A stretch of 64,000 nucleotides of DNA from Chloroflexota bacterium (GCA_027593235.1 JAQCIU010000017.1:272-64271), one strand, 5' to 3'; positions 7,575-16,072 are shown, numbered from the stretch's first letter. A program made the numbers and translations. The notes: generated from the letters alone by a model not told the origin.

Positions 7575-8448
7575 CGGAACCAGCGGCTCGGCAAGCGGCC
7601 CCGCAAGCGGCGCGCTCACCCCGGAAGAGGTCATGCGTTACTCGCGGCACATCATCATGCCGCAGGTCGGTTCCGAGGGTCAGCGCAAGCTCCGCAACGC
7701 CAAAGTGCTCGTCGTCGGCGCCGGCGGCCTCGGTGGCCCCGTCGCCCTCTACCTCGCCCTCGCCGGCGTTGGCACCATCGGCATCACCGAGTTCGATGTC
7801 GTTGATCTGTCCAACCTGCAGCGCCAGATCCTTCACCAGACACCGGACATCGACAAGCCGAAGCTCCAGTCGGCCAAGGAGTCGCTGTACGCCTACAACC
7901 CGCACGTCCAGGTCGTTGAGCACCCGATGCCCATCACCTCCGACAACGCGATGGACATCATCCCCAATTACGACATCGTCGTGAACGGCGCCGACAACTT
8001 CGCCACGCGCTACCTCGTCAACGACGCCTGCTACCTCGCGGGCAAGACCCTTGTCGACGGCGCCATCCTCCTCTTCGATGGCCAGCTCACCGTCTACAAG
8101 CCCGGCTTCGGCTGCTACCGCTGCCTCTACCCGGATCCCCCGCCCCCGGGCCTCGTGCCCTCGTGCGCGGAGGCCGGCGTCCTCGGCGCCATCACCGGCA
8201 TCGTCGGTTCCATGCAGGCCACCGAGGTCTTCAAGCAGATCCTCAACATCGGCGAGCCGATGGTGAACCGCCTGCTGCTGATCGACGCCCTCTCGATGCA
8301 GTTCCGCGAGATGAAGCTGCGGCGCGACCCCAGTTGCCCGCTCTGCGGCGACAACCCGACCGTCACCGAGCTGATCGACTACGACGCCTTCTGCGGCTCA
8401 CCGCCGCTGGAGATGCCTGCACCCGCGACGGCAGGAGCATCGCATTAG
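7561..8448 (+). CDS. ThiF/MoeB/HesA-family E1-like adenylyltransferase without a rhodanese domain
   Basis: RYSRHIIMPQVG, the nucleotide loop VVGAGGLGG, and Zn motifs CYRC and CPLC. The ATG at 7561 follows AGGGGG; a GTG at 7552 is an alternative start. The protein stops about 45 aa after the second CxxC, so there is no rhodanese module. Confidence 0.85.
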   Translation: MVSSNGTSGSASGPASGALTPEEVMRYSRHIIMPQVGSEGQRKLRNAKVLVVGAGGLGGPVALYLALAGVGTIGITEFDVVDLSNLQRQILHQTPDIDKPKLQSAKESLYAYNPHVQVVEHPMPITSDNAMDIIPNYDIVVNGADNFATRYLVNDACYLAGKTLVDGAILLFDGQLTVYKPGFGCYRCLYPDPPPPGLVPSCAEAGVLGAITGIVGSMQATEVFKQILNIGEPMVNRLLLIDALSMQFREMKLRRDPSCPLCGDNPTVTELIDYDAFCGSPPLEMPAPATAGASH

Positions 8449-8650
8449 GAACCGCGCGACGGCAGGAGCATCGAACGGATAGCAGCGGTTGGTACGGCCC
8501 ACTAGAAATCGCGTAGGCGCAGCCTACGAAGCTGCCGAGCGGCAACAACGGTCCGACCGCCCTGAGCGATCGGACCACTGACGAACGAACTATTGCGCTC
8601 GCGGCGCCTGCACCTCAGGCAGGACGCTCGCGAGGGGGAAGGACACGAAA

Positions 8651-8929
8651 ATGGCGGTAACTGTCCAGGTCACCTCGGTCATCCAGCGAGTTGTCGACGG
8701 CCAGCGTGAATTCGCTGCCGAAGGCGGCACCGTCGCCGAGCTCATCGAAAACATCGACGGCAAATACCCCGGCTTCCGAGGCCAAATCGCCGACGACAAG
8801 GGCGAACTGCACCGCTTCGTCAACATCTACCTCAACGACGAAGACATCCGCTTCCTCTCCGGCAAGGACACCGCCGTCTCCGAAGGCGACACCGTCTCCT
8901 TCTTGCCGGCGCTGGCCGGCGGCGCCTAA
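8651..8929 (+). CDS. cysO: CysO-like MoaD/ThiS-family sulfur carrier (carrier 3), C-terminus AGG-A
   Basis: 92 aa. HRFVNIYLNDEDIRFLSG...LPALAGGA closely resembles mycobacterial CysO. It sits directly upstream of a CysM-type synthase. Confidence 0.8.
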   Translation: MAVTVQVTSVIQRVVDGQREFAAEGGTVAELIENIDGKYPGFRGQIADDKGELHRFVNIYLNDEDIRFLSGKDTAVSEGDTVSFLPALAGGA

Positions 8930-9043
8930 GTCCGGCACGCCGGAGGCGAACAGGCCCGCCCAGCCGGGGCGGACAGATCTACGCCGCGGGTGGTCGCGGC
9001 ACGAGCGACTCAGACAGCGAACGGGACACGCGGAGGCGGCACG

Positions 9044-9979
9044 ATGCGCTACGACAGCATCCTTGATCTCGTCGGCAACACCCCCCTCGTCGAAATCTCC
9101 ACGCTCTCCCCGAACCCCGACGTCCAGATCTTCGCCAAGCTCGAAGGCCAGAACCCCACCGGATCCGTGAAGGACCGCATCGCCAAATTCATGATCGAAG
9201 CCGCCGAGGCCGATCACTCCCTCGCCCCCGGCCAGACCATCCTCGAACCCACCTCCGGCAACACCGGCATCGCGCTCGCCCTGATCGCCTCGCTGCGTGG
9301 CTACCCGCTCAAGGTCGTCATGCCTGACGCCGTCAGCCAGGAACGCATCGAACTGCTCGAAGCCTTCGGCGCCGAAATCATCTACTCGCCCGGCGACCTC
9401 GGCACCAACGGATCCGTTGCCATGGCCCGCCAGGTCGCCGCCGATCACCCCGACTGGTTCACCCCCTTCCAGTACGAGAACGAAAACAACCCCCGCGCCC
9501 ACTACGAAACCACCGGCCCCGAAATCATCGCCGACCTCCCGGACCTCGACGCCTTCGTCTCCGGCCTCGGCACCGGCGGCACCCTCACCGGCACCGGCCG
9601 CCGCCTCAAGGAATACAACCCCGCCATCCGCGTCATCGCTGCCGCTCCGCACCCCGGCGACCTCGTCCAGGGCCTCCGCAGCCTCGAGGAGGGCTACATC
9701 CCGCCCGTCTTCGACGAATCCGTCCTCGACGGCCGCATCGTCGTCGATTCCGAAACCTCCTTCCGCATGACCAAGGAACTGGCGCAGCGCGTCGGCATCT
9801 TCGCCGGCATCTCCAGCGGCGCCGCCGTCCGCGCCGCCCAGCGCACCGCCGAACGCATGGACCGAGGCAAAGTCGTCGTCCTCCTCGCCGACGGCGGCTG
9901 GAAGTACCTCAGCACCGGCCTCTGGAACCGCGACTACGCCGACATCGTCGAAGACGTCGGCGAAAAACTCTGGTGGTAG
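9044..9979 (+). CDS. cysM: CysM-type cysteine synthase (carrier-thiocarboxylate dependent, O-phosphoserine type)
   Basis: LVGNTPLVEI, NPTGSVKDRIA, EPTSGNTGIALA, GLGTGGTLTG and a C-terminal KYLSTGLW tail. The ATG at 9044 lies inside ORF 8990..9979. Confidence 0.8.
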   Translation: MRYDSILDLVGNTPLVEISTLSPNPDVQIFAKLEGQNPTGSVKDRIAKFMIEAAEADHSLAPGQTILEPTSGNTGIALALIASLRGYPLKVVMPDAVSQERIELLEAFGAEIIYSPGDLGTNGSVAMARQVAADHPDWFTPFQYENENNPRAHYETTGPEIIADLPDLDAFVSGLGTGGTLTGTGRRLKEYNPAIRVIAAAPHPGDLVQGLRSLEEGYIPPVFDESVLDGRIVVDSETSFRMTKELAQRVGIFAGISSGAAVRAAQRTAERMDRGKVVVLLADGGWKYLSTGLWNRDYADIVEDVGEKLWW

Positions 9980-10405
9980 CGACCGATTCCCGCTCCCACC
10001 GCTCCTCCCGTCCCCGAGAAGTTGGCCTAGCGGTACCAGAACCCCCTCCTCCGAGACGCCGATCGCAGATTCAGAGGCCAGCAAGCACACAACCCCATGC
10101 TCGCCGTCACCGAGGTACGAAAAGGCCAACGGCTCTCGGCTCGCGAGGGGGTCCGGGGGGCGCAGCCGCCCCCCGGCGGGGGTGTCGGGGGCAAGCGCCC
10201 CCGACGAACGAAACGTCACCCGACGCACTTCGCTGCAAAGCGATCGCCGTCCACCTCGCCACCGCTGCGCTCGATCTAGCTCCGACCCGGCTGCCCCACC
10301 ACTCCACCGCCGATTGCCACTAACCCCCCTTCTCCGCTTCCCTACCACTATCGACATTCCCGCGCAGGAAACCTCCACCACAGCGCAAGACCGCCGGAGC
10401 CCCCG

Positions 10406-10912
10406 ATGACCCTCTTCGACGAACTCCTAGAAGCCAACCAGCGCTACGCCAAAACCTTCCCCGGCACCCACCTCACCGCCGCGCCCTCGCGCCACATCGT
10501 CATCCTCACCTGCATGGACGCCCGCATCGACAACTTCGACGCCTTCGGCCTCGAAGTCGGCGACGCTCACATCCTCCGCAACGCCGGCGGCCGCGCCACC
10601 AGCGACGTGATCCGCTCGCTGCTGCTCTCCAGCGACATCCTCGACACCCGCTACGTGGCCGTCATCCACCACACTCAGTGCGGCCTCTTCCAGACCACCA
10701 ACGACGCCATCCGCCAGCGCATCCGCGACGACCGGGGCGTCGACGCCTCCGCCGTCGACTTCGACCCGATCCCCGACCTCGACGAATCCGTCCGCACCGA
10801 CATCGCCCGCCTCGAAGCCTCCCCGCTCCTCCGCAAAGACCTCACCTTCGCCGGCTTCGTCTACGACGTCGCCAACGGCCGCATGCGCCCCGTTGAGGCG
10901 GCAGCCTCGTGA
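10406..10912 (+). CDS. beta-class carbonic anhydrase-like protein
   Basis: Zinc ligand motifs ILTCMDARI and VIHHTQCG. 168 aa. Confidence 0.75.
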   Translation: MTLFDELLEANQRYAKTFPGTHLTAAPSRHIVILTCMDARIDNFDAFGLEVGDAHILRNAGGRATSDVIRSLLLSSDILDTRYVAVIHHTQCGLFQTTNDAIRQRIRDDRGVDASAVDFDPIPDLDESVRTDIARLEASPLLRKDLTFAGFVYDVANGRMRPVEAAAS

Positions 10913-10928
10913 CCGCCGACCGCCGCTC

Positions 10929-11381
10929 ATGACCTCCGCCACGAACCCCGCCAACGATGCTGCCTCGCGCGTCGCCCGCTTCCAGCGCTTCATCGACGAA
11001 TTCCGCGCCAACGCCGGCCAGCTCAGCGGGGACTACGAGGGCGTCCCGGTCCTGCTCCTCCACACCCTCGACAGCACCTCGGGCGAGCTGCATATCACCC
11101 CGCTCACCACCCAGCCGCTCGCCGACACCACCGGCTGGGCCGTCTTCGCCTCGAACGCCGGTCGCACCACCGACCCTGCCTGGTACCTCAGCCTCCTCGA
11201 CACTCCCGAGGTCACCATCGAGTTCGGCCCCGACACGATCCCCGTCACCGCGCGCGTAGCCGCAGGCGCGGAGCGCGAAGAGATCTGGTCGCGCCAGAAG
11301 CGCCAGAGCCCCTCGTTCGCCGGCTACGAGGCAAGCGCGAACCGCACAATCCCCGTCGTCGTGCTCGAACCGCGCCGCTAG
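10929..11381 (+). CDS. deazaflavin (F420)-dependent nitroreductase-family protein (DDN/PPOX-like)
   Basis: FRANAGQLSGDYEGVPVLLLHT..SG....PL...........VFASNAG....PAWYLSL pattern. It is a paralog of the next gene. Confidence 0.65.
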   Translation: MTSATNPANDAASRVARFQRFIDEFRANAGQLSGDYEGVPVLLLHTLDSTSGELHITPLTTQPLADTTGWAVFASNAGRTTDPAWYLSLLDTPEVTIEFGPDTIPVTARVAAGAEREEIWSRQKRQSPSFAGYEASANRTIPVVVLEPRR

Positions 11382-11486
11382 CCGGACGATCGGCCCGCAG
11401 TCGCGGCGGGGAGCCTCGGCACGTGGTGACTAACTACTGGTAAGCTTGACGTCGAAACCCACACACACCCCCGATAGGACGCCGAA

Positions 11487-11906
11487 ATGACCAACGACCC
11501 CAACGCGTGGAACCGCCAGATCATCGCCGAGTTCCGCGAGAACGCCGGCAAGGTCGGCGGCCAGTTTGAGGGCATGCCGATGCTCCTGCTCCACACCACC
11601 GGAGCAAAGAGCGGCGCCGCCCGCATCAACCCGCTCGCCTTCCAGGCGATTGGCGACACCTGGGCCGTCTTCGCCTCAAAGGCCGGCGCGACCTCCAACC
11701 CCGACTGGTACTACAACGTCGTCGCGAACCCCGATCTGGAGATCGAGGTCGGCACGGAGACCGTCCCCGCCCGCGCCCGTGTCGCCACCAGCGACGAGCG
11801 CGATCGCATCTGGAACACCCAGAAGGAGACGATCCCGCAGTTCGCTGAGTACGAGAAGACCGCGGGCAGTCGCACCATCCCCGTCATCGTCATCGAGCGC
11901 CGCTAG
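11487..11906 (+). CDS. deazaflavin (F420)-dependent nitroreductase-family protein (DDN/PPOX-like)
   Basis: NRQIIAEFRENAGKVGGQFEGMPMLLLHTTGAKSGAARINPL...ASKAGATSNPDWYYN is the classic family signature. Confidence 0.7.
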   Translation: MTNDPNAWNRQIIAEFRENAGKVGGQFEGMPMLLLHTTGAKSGAARINPLAFQAIGDTWAVFASKAGATSNPDWYYNVVANPDLEIEVGTETVPARARVATSDERDRIWNTQKETIPQFAEYEKTAGSRTIPVIVIERR

Positions 11907-12010
11907 CCCAGTTCGAGCCGCGCGCGCTGTCTCGGACTGCCCCGAGCAGCGCCGCGCCGCTCCGGCGCAACGCCCGTGCCGTGCGCGACGGCGATGACGG
12001 CCGGCCCTCG

Positions 12011-12589
12011 CTAGCTCGTCATCCCGCCCAGTCCGACCAGCGCACGCCCCAACTCAACCTCGCCCATGTGCCGCAACCCGTGCTGATAGACGAAGCACTC
12101 CAGCACCTCCAGCTTCCGCACCGGCGTGTCGACCCCACCCAGCACGATCGCGCAGTAGCTGTTCTTCATGCTCTCGCCCAGGCCCGCGCTCACGACCTCC
12201 AGTAGTCGTTCCTCCGTCAGATCCACCAGCGCCGTCTCCGTGCGAGCCAGCACCTGAGACTGGTACTCACGCCACGCGTCGATGTCGCCGAACCGGATCT
12301 GCTCCATCTCCTGGACCGTCTCTTCGCGCCCAATCGAATTCACCGTCACGCCGGTTTTTTCGGCCCAGCCACCCACCGCCCACAACGGCGGCGCCCCCAG
12401 GAACTGCATGCTGATCGAACCGTCCTGGATCTTGATGAAGTGAGCAAAGCTGAACGCCATCGGGATCACCCCGTTCCGCTCGTGGTGATTGATCTGGTCC
12501 AGCGTCAGGTCGCTCGCCGCCATCTCCCACAGGCGGTTCATCGCGCGGATCCGGTTGCGCAGGGATGTCACGAACACGTCGTTACTCAT
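12011..12589 (-). CDS. DinB/YfiT-like four-helix-bundle protein (putative thiol-dependent transferase family)
   Basis: 192 aa counted from the ATG at 12589. The length and the N-terminal RNRIRAMNRLWEMAASDLTLDQINH pattern resemble the DinB_2/MDMPI superfamily. The assignment is weak. Confidence 0.45.
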   Translation of the reverse strand: MSNDVFVTSLRNRIRAMNRLWEMAASDLTLDQINHHERNGVIPMAFSFAHFIKIQDGSISMQFLGAPPLWAVGGWAEKTGVTVNSIGREETVQEMEQIRFGDIDAWREYQSQVLARTETALVDLTEERLLEVVSAGLGESMKNSYCAIVLGGVDTPVRKLEVLECFVYQHGLRHMGEVELGRALVGLGGMTS

Positions 12590-12692
12590 GGGCGGCAGTC
12601 TAGTCGGCGTGCAAGCCGCCCTGCGGCCCCGGCGCCATCCTGCACACCACCCCGGTATGCTCACCACTGGAAGCTGCGACGAGGAGGCGAAC

Positions 12693-13535
12693 ATGGCCGT
12701 CGGCGACACCCAGATCGTAGAACTCGCGACCGGCGTCTACGCCCGACTCCACGAAGGCCTCACCAACGGCGGCATCATCGTCGGTGACGAGGGCGTCCTC
12801 CTCATCGACTCTCTCCGCGTCCCTTCCTTCGCCCGGGATCTCATCGCCGACGTCAAGAAACTCACCGACAAGCCCATCCGCTACGTCGTCGACACCCACT
12901 CCCACTGGGACCACTCCTGGGGCAACGAAGAGTTCCCGGACTCCACCATCATTGGCCACGCCAACTGCCGCGCCGAAATGGTCGACCTCGAAGCCCGCGC
13001 CTGGTGGATGAACCGCGTCGTCTCCGCCGGCGACCCCTGGTCCAAGGAAGCCGAGACCGTCCGCGTCACCCCACCCGACCTCACCTTCGACGAAAAGATG
13101 TCCCTGTACTTCGCCGGCCGTCGCATCGACCTCCTCTACCTCGGGCGCGCTCACACCAGCGGCGACATCTTCGTTCACCTCCCCGACGACCGACTCCTCT
13201 TCACCGGCGACGTCGCCCAGGACGGCGGAGTCCCTTTCATGCTCGACGGTTACCCCAAAGACTGGGTCGCCACTGACATCCGTCTCGCCCAGATCGACTG
13301 CGAGCGCTTCATGTCCGGCCACGGCCCGATCGGTGCCCCCAGCGCCCTCCTCGAAGCTCGCGACTTCATCGCCGCCATTGCTGACGGCACCACCACAGCC
13401 ATCGCCTCCGGCCAGGACCGCGACACCACCGCCACCGAAGTCACCGCCTCCATGACCGACCGCTTCGGCCACTGGCGCGGCTTCGAACGGGTCCACGACA
13501 GCGTCGCCTACACCTACGACCAGCTCACCGCCTAA
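12693..13535 (+). CDS. MBL-fold metallo-hydrolase
   Basis: THSHWDH (HxHxDH) motif, followed by GHANC and HTSGD metal-ligand positions. ATG at 12693. Confidence 0.75.
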   Translation: MAVGDTQIVELATGVYARLHEGLTNGGIIVGDEGVLLIDSLRVPSFARDLIADVKKLTDKPIRYVVDTHSHWDHSWGNEEFPDSTIIGHANCRAEMVDLEARAWWMNRVVSAGDPWSKEAETVRVTPPDLTFDEKMSLYFAGRRIDLLYLGRAHTSGDIFVHLPDDRLLFTGDVAQDGGVPFMLDGYPKDWVATDIRLAQIDCERFMSGHGPIGAPSALLEARDFIAAIADGTTTAIASGQDRDTTATEVTASMTDRFGHWRGFERVHDSVAYTYDQLTA

Positions 13536-13817
13536 CGCCGTTCCGGCGGCGAGGACCGGGGGAGGAACGGGCCACGCCCGGAGGGCGATCGAACCCCACC
13601 GCACTCCCGACGAACGAACCATCACCCGATGTCCGCGCGCAGCGCGGCACCAGCCGCTACCTCGCGCGACCTTTGTTCAGTCCCGCGGTTCGCCCACCGG
13701 CAAGCCCACCGCAACGGACGAATGTCCGGATCAGACGTGCAGCCCAGCCATTCCGCTGCCAATCTGGTCGCCGCGCCCCGGTCGGGACCGGCCCCCCACC
13801 CCGAGAGGACCCACCCC

Positions 13818-14258
13818 ATGCCCCGCATCCCCCGCCCCCTCATCGACGAAATGATCGCCCACGCTCGCCAGGACCTCCCCAACGAAGCCTGTGGCCAGCT
13901 CGACGGCCGCGACGGCGAAGCCGTCACCGCCCACCCCGTCAAGAACGTCGAGGCCAGTCCCTACCGCTATTCCATGGACCCGCTCTCGATGCTCAAACTC
14001 GAAAACGCCCGCGAGGCCAGTGGCGAGACCCTCTTCGCCATCTACCACTCCCACGTCGCCTCCGAGGCCTACCCATCCCCCACTGACATTCGCCAGGCCT
14101 TCTTCCCCCCCGGCGAAGTGGACCGCGACCCCATGTACCCCGACACCTACTACATCCTCATCTCCCTCAAGTACGACCCGCCCCACGTTCGCGCCTTCCA
14201 CATCCGCACCGGCGGCACCATCGAAGAAGAGCAAATCGACATCGAGGACCCCGCATGA
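13818..14258 (+). CDS. JAMM/MPN+ metalloprotease (Mec+/CysO-hydrolase-like)
   Basis: NEACG, then HSHVASEAYPSPTDI, which is the HxH-x7-S-xxD JAMM motif. 146 aa counted from the ATG at 13818. Confidence 0.8.
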   Translation: MPRIPRPLIDEMIAHARQDLPNEACGQLDGRDGEAVTAHPVKNVEASPYRYSMDPLSMLKLENAREASGETLFAIYHSHVASEAYPSPTDIRQAFFPPGEVDRDPMYPDTYYILISLKYDPPHVRAFHIRTGGTIEEEQIDIEDPA

Positions 14259-14665
14259 CCACGGATCCCAACGCGATCCCCGGCGGCCCGGACAGCCCCT
14301 TCGCTAGGTTCCTCGGCTTCCAGCCCGGCGAAGTCACCAGCGAGCAGTCCGTCACCCGCCTCGTCACCCAGCCGCACCACCTCAACCCAACCGGCGCCAT
14401 CCACGGCGGCGCCCTCATCTCCCTCGCCGACAACGTCGCCACGAGGATGGCCAACATCGCCCAGAACGGCGGCCCCAACGAGGGCAAATTCATGTCCGGC
14501 ATCGACCTCCATGCCACCTTCCTCTCCAACCAGCGCGGCGGCACCGTCACCGCCACCGCCCGCCCCGTCCGCGTCGGCGGCCGTGTCACCGTCATCCGCA
14601 CCCAGGTCACCGGCGAGGACGGCAAGCTCCTCCTCGAACTCACCACCACGCACATCCCCACTTAG
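14255..14665 (+). CDS. PaaI-family hotdog-fold thioesterase
   Basis: NPTGAIHGGALISLADNVA motif. The ATG overlaps the JAMM stop as ATGA. Confidence 0.7.
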   Translation: MTTDPNAIPGGPDSPFARFLGFQPGEVTSEQSVTRLVTQPHHLNPTGAIHGGALISLADNVATRMANIAQNGGPNEGKFMSGIDLHATFLSNQRGGTVTATARPVRVGGRVTVIRTQVTGEDGKLLLELTTTHIPT

Positions 14666-14721
14666 CGCGTCCGCTCCCTGACCCCGTCGCCACCGCCTCC
14701 CCTCAGCCGTAGCCTGATCCC

Positions 14722-15618
14722 ATGACCGCACCACCCTCCGAGGCCCAACCCGCCCCGATCCGGATCGGCGATCGCACCTTCATCTGGGGCGCCCGCACCT
14801 ACGTCATGGGCATCATCAACGTCACCCCCGACTCCTTCTCCGGCGACGGCATCCTCGATCCCGCCCGCGCCGGCGCCCTCGCCGTTCGCCTCGTCGAGGA
14901 CGGCGCCGACCTCGTCGACATCGGCGCCGAATCCACCCGCCCCGATCACGAGCCGATCGACGCCGCCGAGGAATGGCGTCGCCTCGAGCACTCCCTCCTC
15001 GCCGTCCGCCGCCTCGTCGACGTCCCCGTCACCGTCGACACCAGCAAAGCCGCTGTCGCCGAACGCGCCTTCCACGCCGGCGCCGACGCCCTCAACGACG
15101 TCCGAGGGCTGCGCGGCGATCCGGATCTCGCCGCCGTCCTCGCCGCCTCCGGCAAACCCGCCATCCTCATGCACAACCAGCGCGGCCGGGAATTCGGCGG
15201 CGACGTCATCGCCGACACCCACGCCGGCCTCGAGGTCAGCCTCAACCTCGCCCTCCGCGCCGGCGCCTCCGAGGCCAACCTCATCGTCGATCCCGGCTTC
15301 GGCTTCGGCTGGGGCCCCGCCCGCAACCTCGATCTCCTGCGCCGCCTCGGCGAACTCCGCTCGCTCGGACGCCCCCTCCTCCTCGGCACATCGAGGAAGT
15401 CCACCATTGGCACCGTGCTCGATCGCACCGCCAACCAGCGCCAGTGGGGCACCGCCGCCACCCTCGCCCTCGCTGTCGCGCAGGGCGTCGATATCGTGCG
15501 TGTCCACGAGGTCGCCGAAATGAAGCAGGTCGTACGTATGGCGGACGCCGTCGTCCGCGGCTGGCCCCCGCCGGATCAACCCGACCAACCGCAGTTCCGG
15601 AGCCTTCGAGGTGACTGA
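14722..15618 (+). CDS. folP: dihydropteroate synthase
   Basis: GIINVTPDSFSGDG, VDIGAESTRP and DPGFGFG motifs. Confidence 0.9.
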   Translation: MTAPPSEAQPAPIRIGDRTFIWGARTYVMGIINVTPDSFSGDGILDPARAGALAVRLVEDGADLVDIGAESTRPDHEPIDAAEEWRRLEHSLLAVRRLVDVPVTVDTSKAAVAERAFHAGADALNDVRGLRGDPDLAAVLAASGKPAILMHNQRGREFGGDVIADTHAGLEVSLNLALRAGASEANLIVDPGFGFGWGPARNLDLLRRLGELRSLGRPLLLGTSRKSTIGTVLDRTANQRQWGTAATLALAVAQGVDIVRVHEVAEMKQVVRMADAVVRGWPPPDQPDQPQFRSLRGD

Positions 15619-16072
15619 AACCCCGCGCCGGATCTACTTCGGCCTCGGCAGCAACCTCGGCGACCGACGCGCCCACCTGCGTGAGGCCGTCGCCGCGCTA
15701 CGCCGTGGCGGCGTCGCCATCGACGCGATCAGCGGCCTCTACGAAACCCCACCCTGGGGCGTCACCGATCAGCCCGCGTTCCTCAACGCCGTCGTCGCCG
15801 GCCCGTCCGCTCTCAGCCCCGCTGACCTGCTCCGCCTCGCCAAACGCATCGAAGCGGACGCCGGGCGCGACTTTCAGGCGCCACGCTGGACCGCCCGTCC
15901 GATCGACGTCGACATCCTGATCATCGAGGGCGAAATCGTCGCGACCGATGACCTCACCGTCCCCCACCCGCTCATGTACCAGCGCCCCTTCGTGCTCATC
16001 CCGCTGGCCGATCTCACGGGCGACAGTGGCGAGGTCATTCAACTCGAAGGCGCCGAGTGGCCCGAGGACTAA
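15611..16072 (+). CDS. folK: 2-amino-4-hydroxy-6-hydroxymethyldihydropteridine diphosphokinase
   Basis: YFGLGSNLGDR, YETPPWG, RPIDVDIL and VPHP motifs. It overlaps the folP 3' end by 8 nt. Confidence 0.9.
   Translation: MTETPRRIYFGLGSNLGDRRAHLREAVAALRRGGVAIDAISGLYETPPWGVTDQPAFLNAVVAGPSALSPADLLRLAKRIEADAGRDFQAPRWTARPIDVDILIIEGEIVATDDLTVPHPLMYQRPFVLIPLADLTGDSGEVIQLEGAEWPED

Noticed and set aside
12693-13535. MBL-fold protein as a persulfide dioxygenase (ETHE1-like) completing the sulfur island
   Set aside because: Only the generic HxHxDH motif is visible. The length and the rest of the sequence do not let me distinguish ETHE1 from glyoxalase II or lactamase-like families, so the link to sulfur metabolism is unsupported.
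13629-13817. N-terminal 63-aa extension of the JAMM ORF. Similar upstream extensions occur on cysK (6017), cysM (8990), purQ (30741), comF (42839), rpsU (27450) and the MBL gene (12489).
   Set aside because: The extensions lack homology-like sequence and contain the repeat motif or regulatory DNA. Internal ATG or GTG starts align with the conserved N-termini, and several have Shine-Dalgarno sequences.
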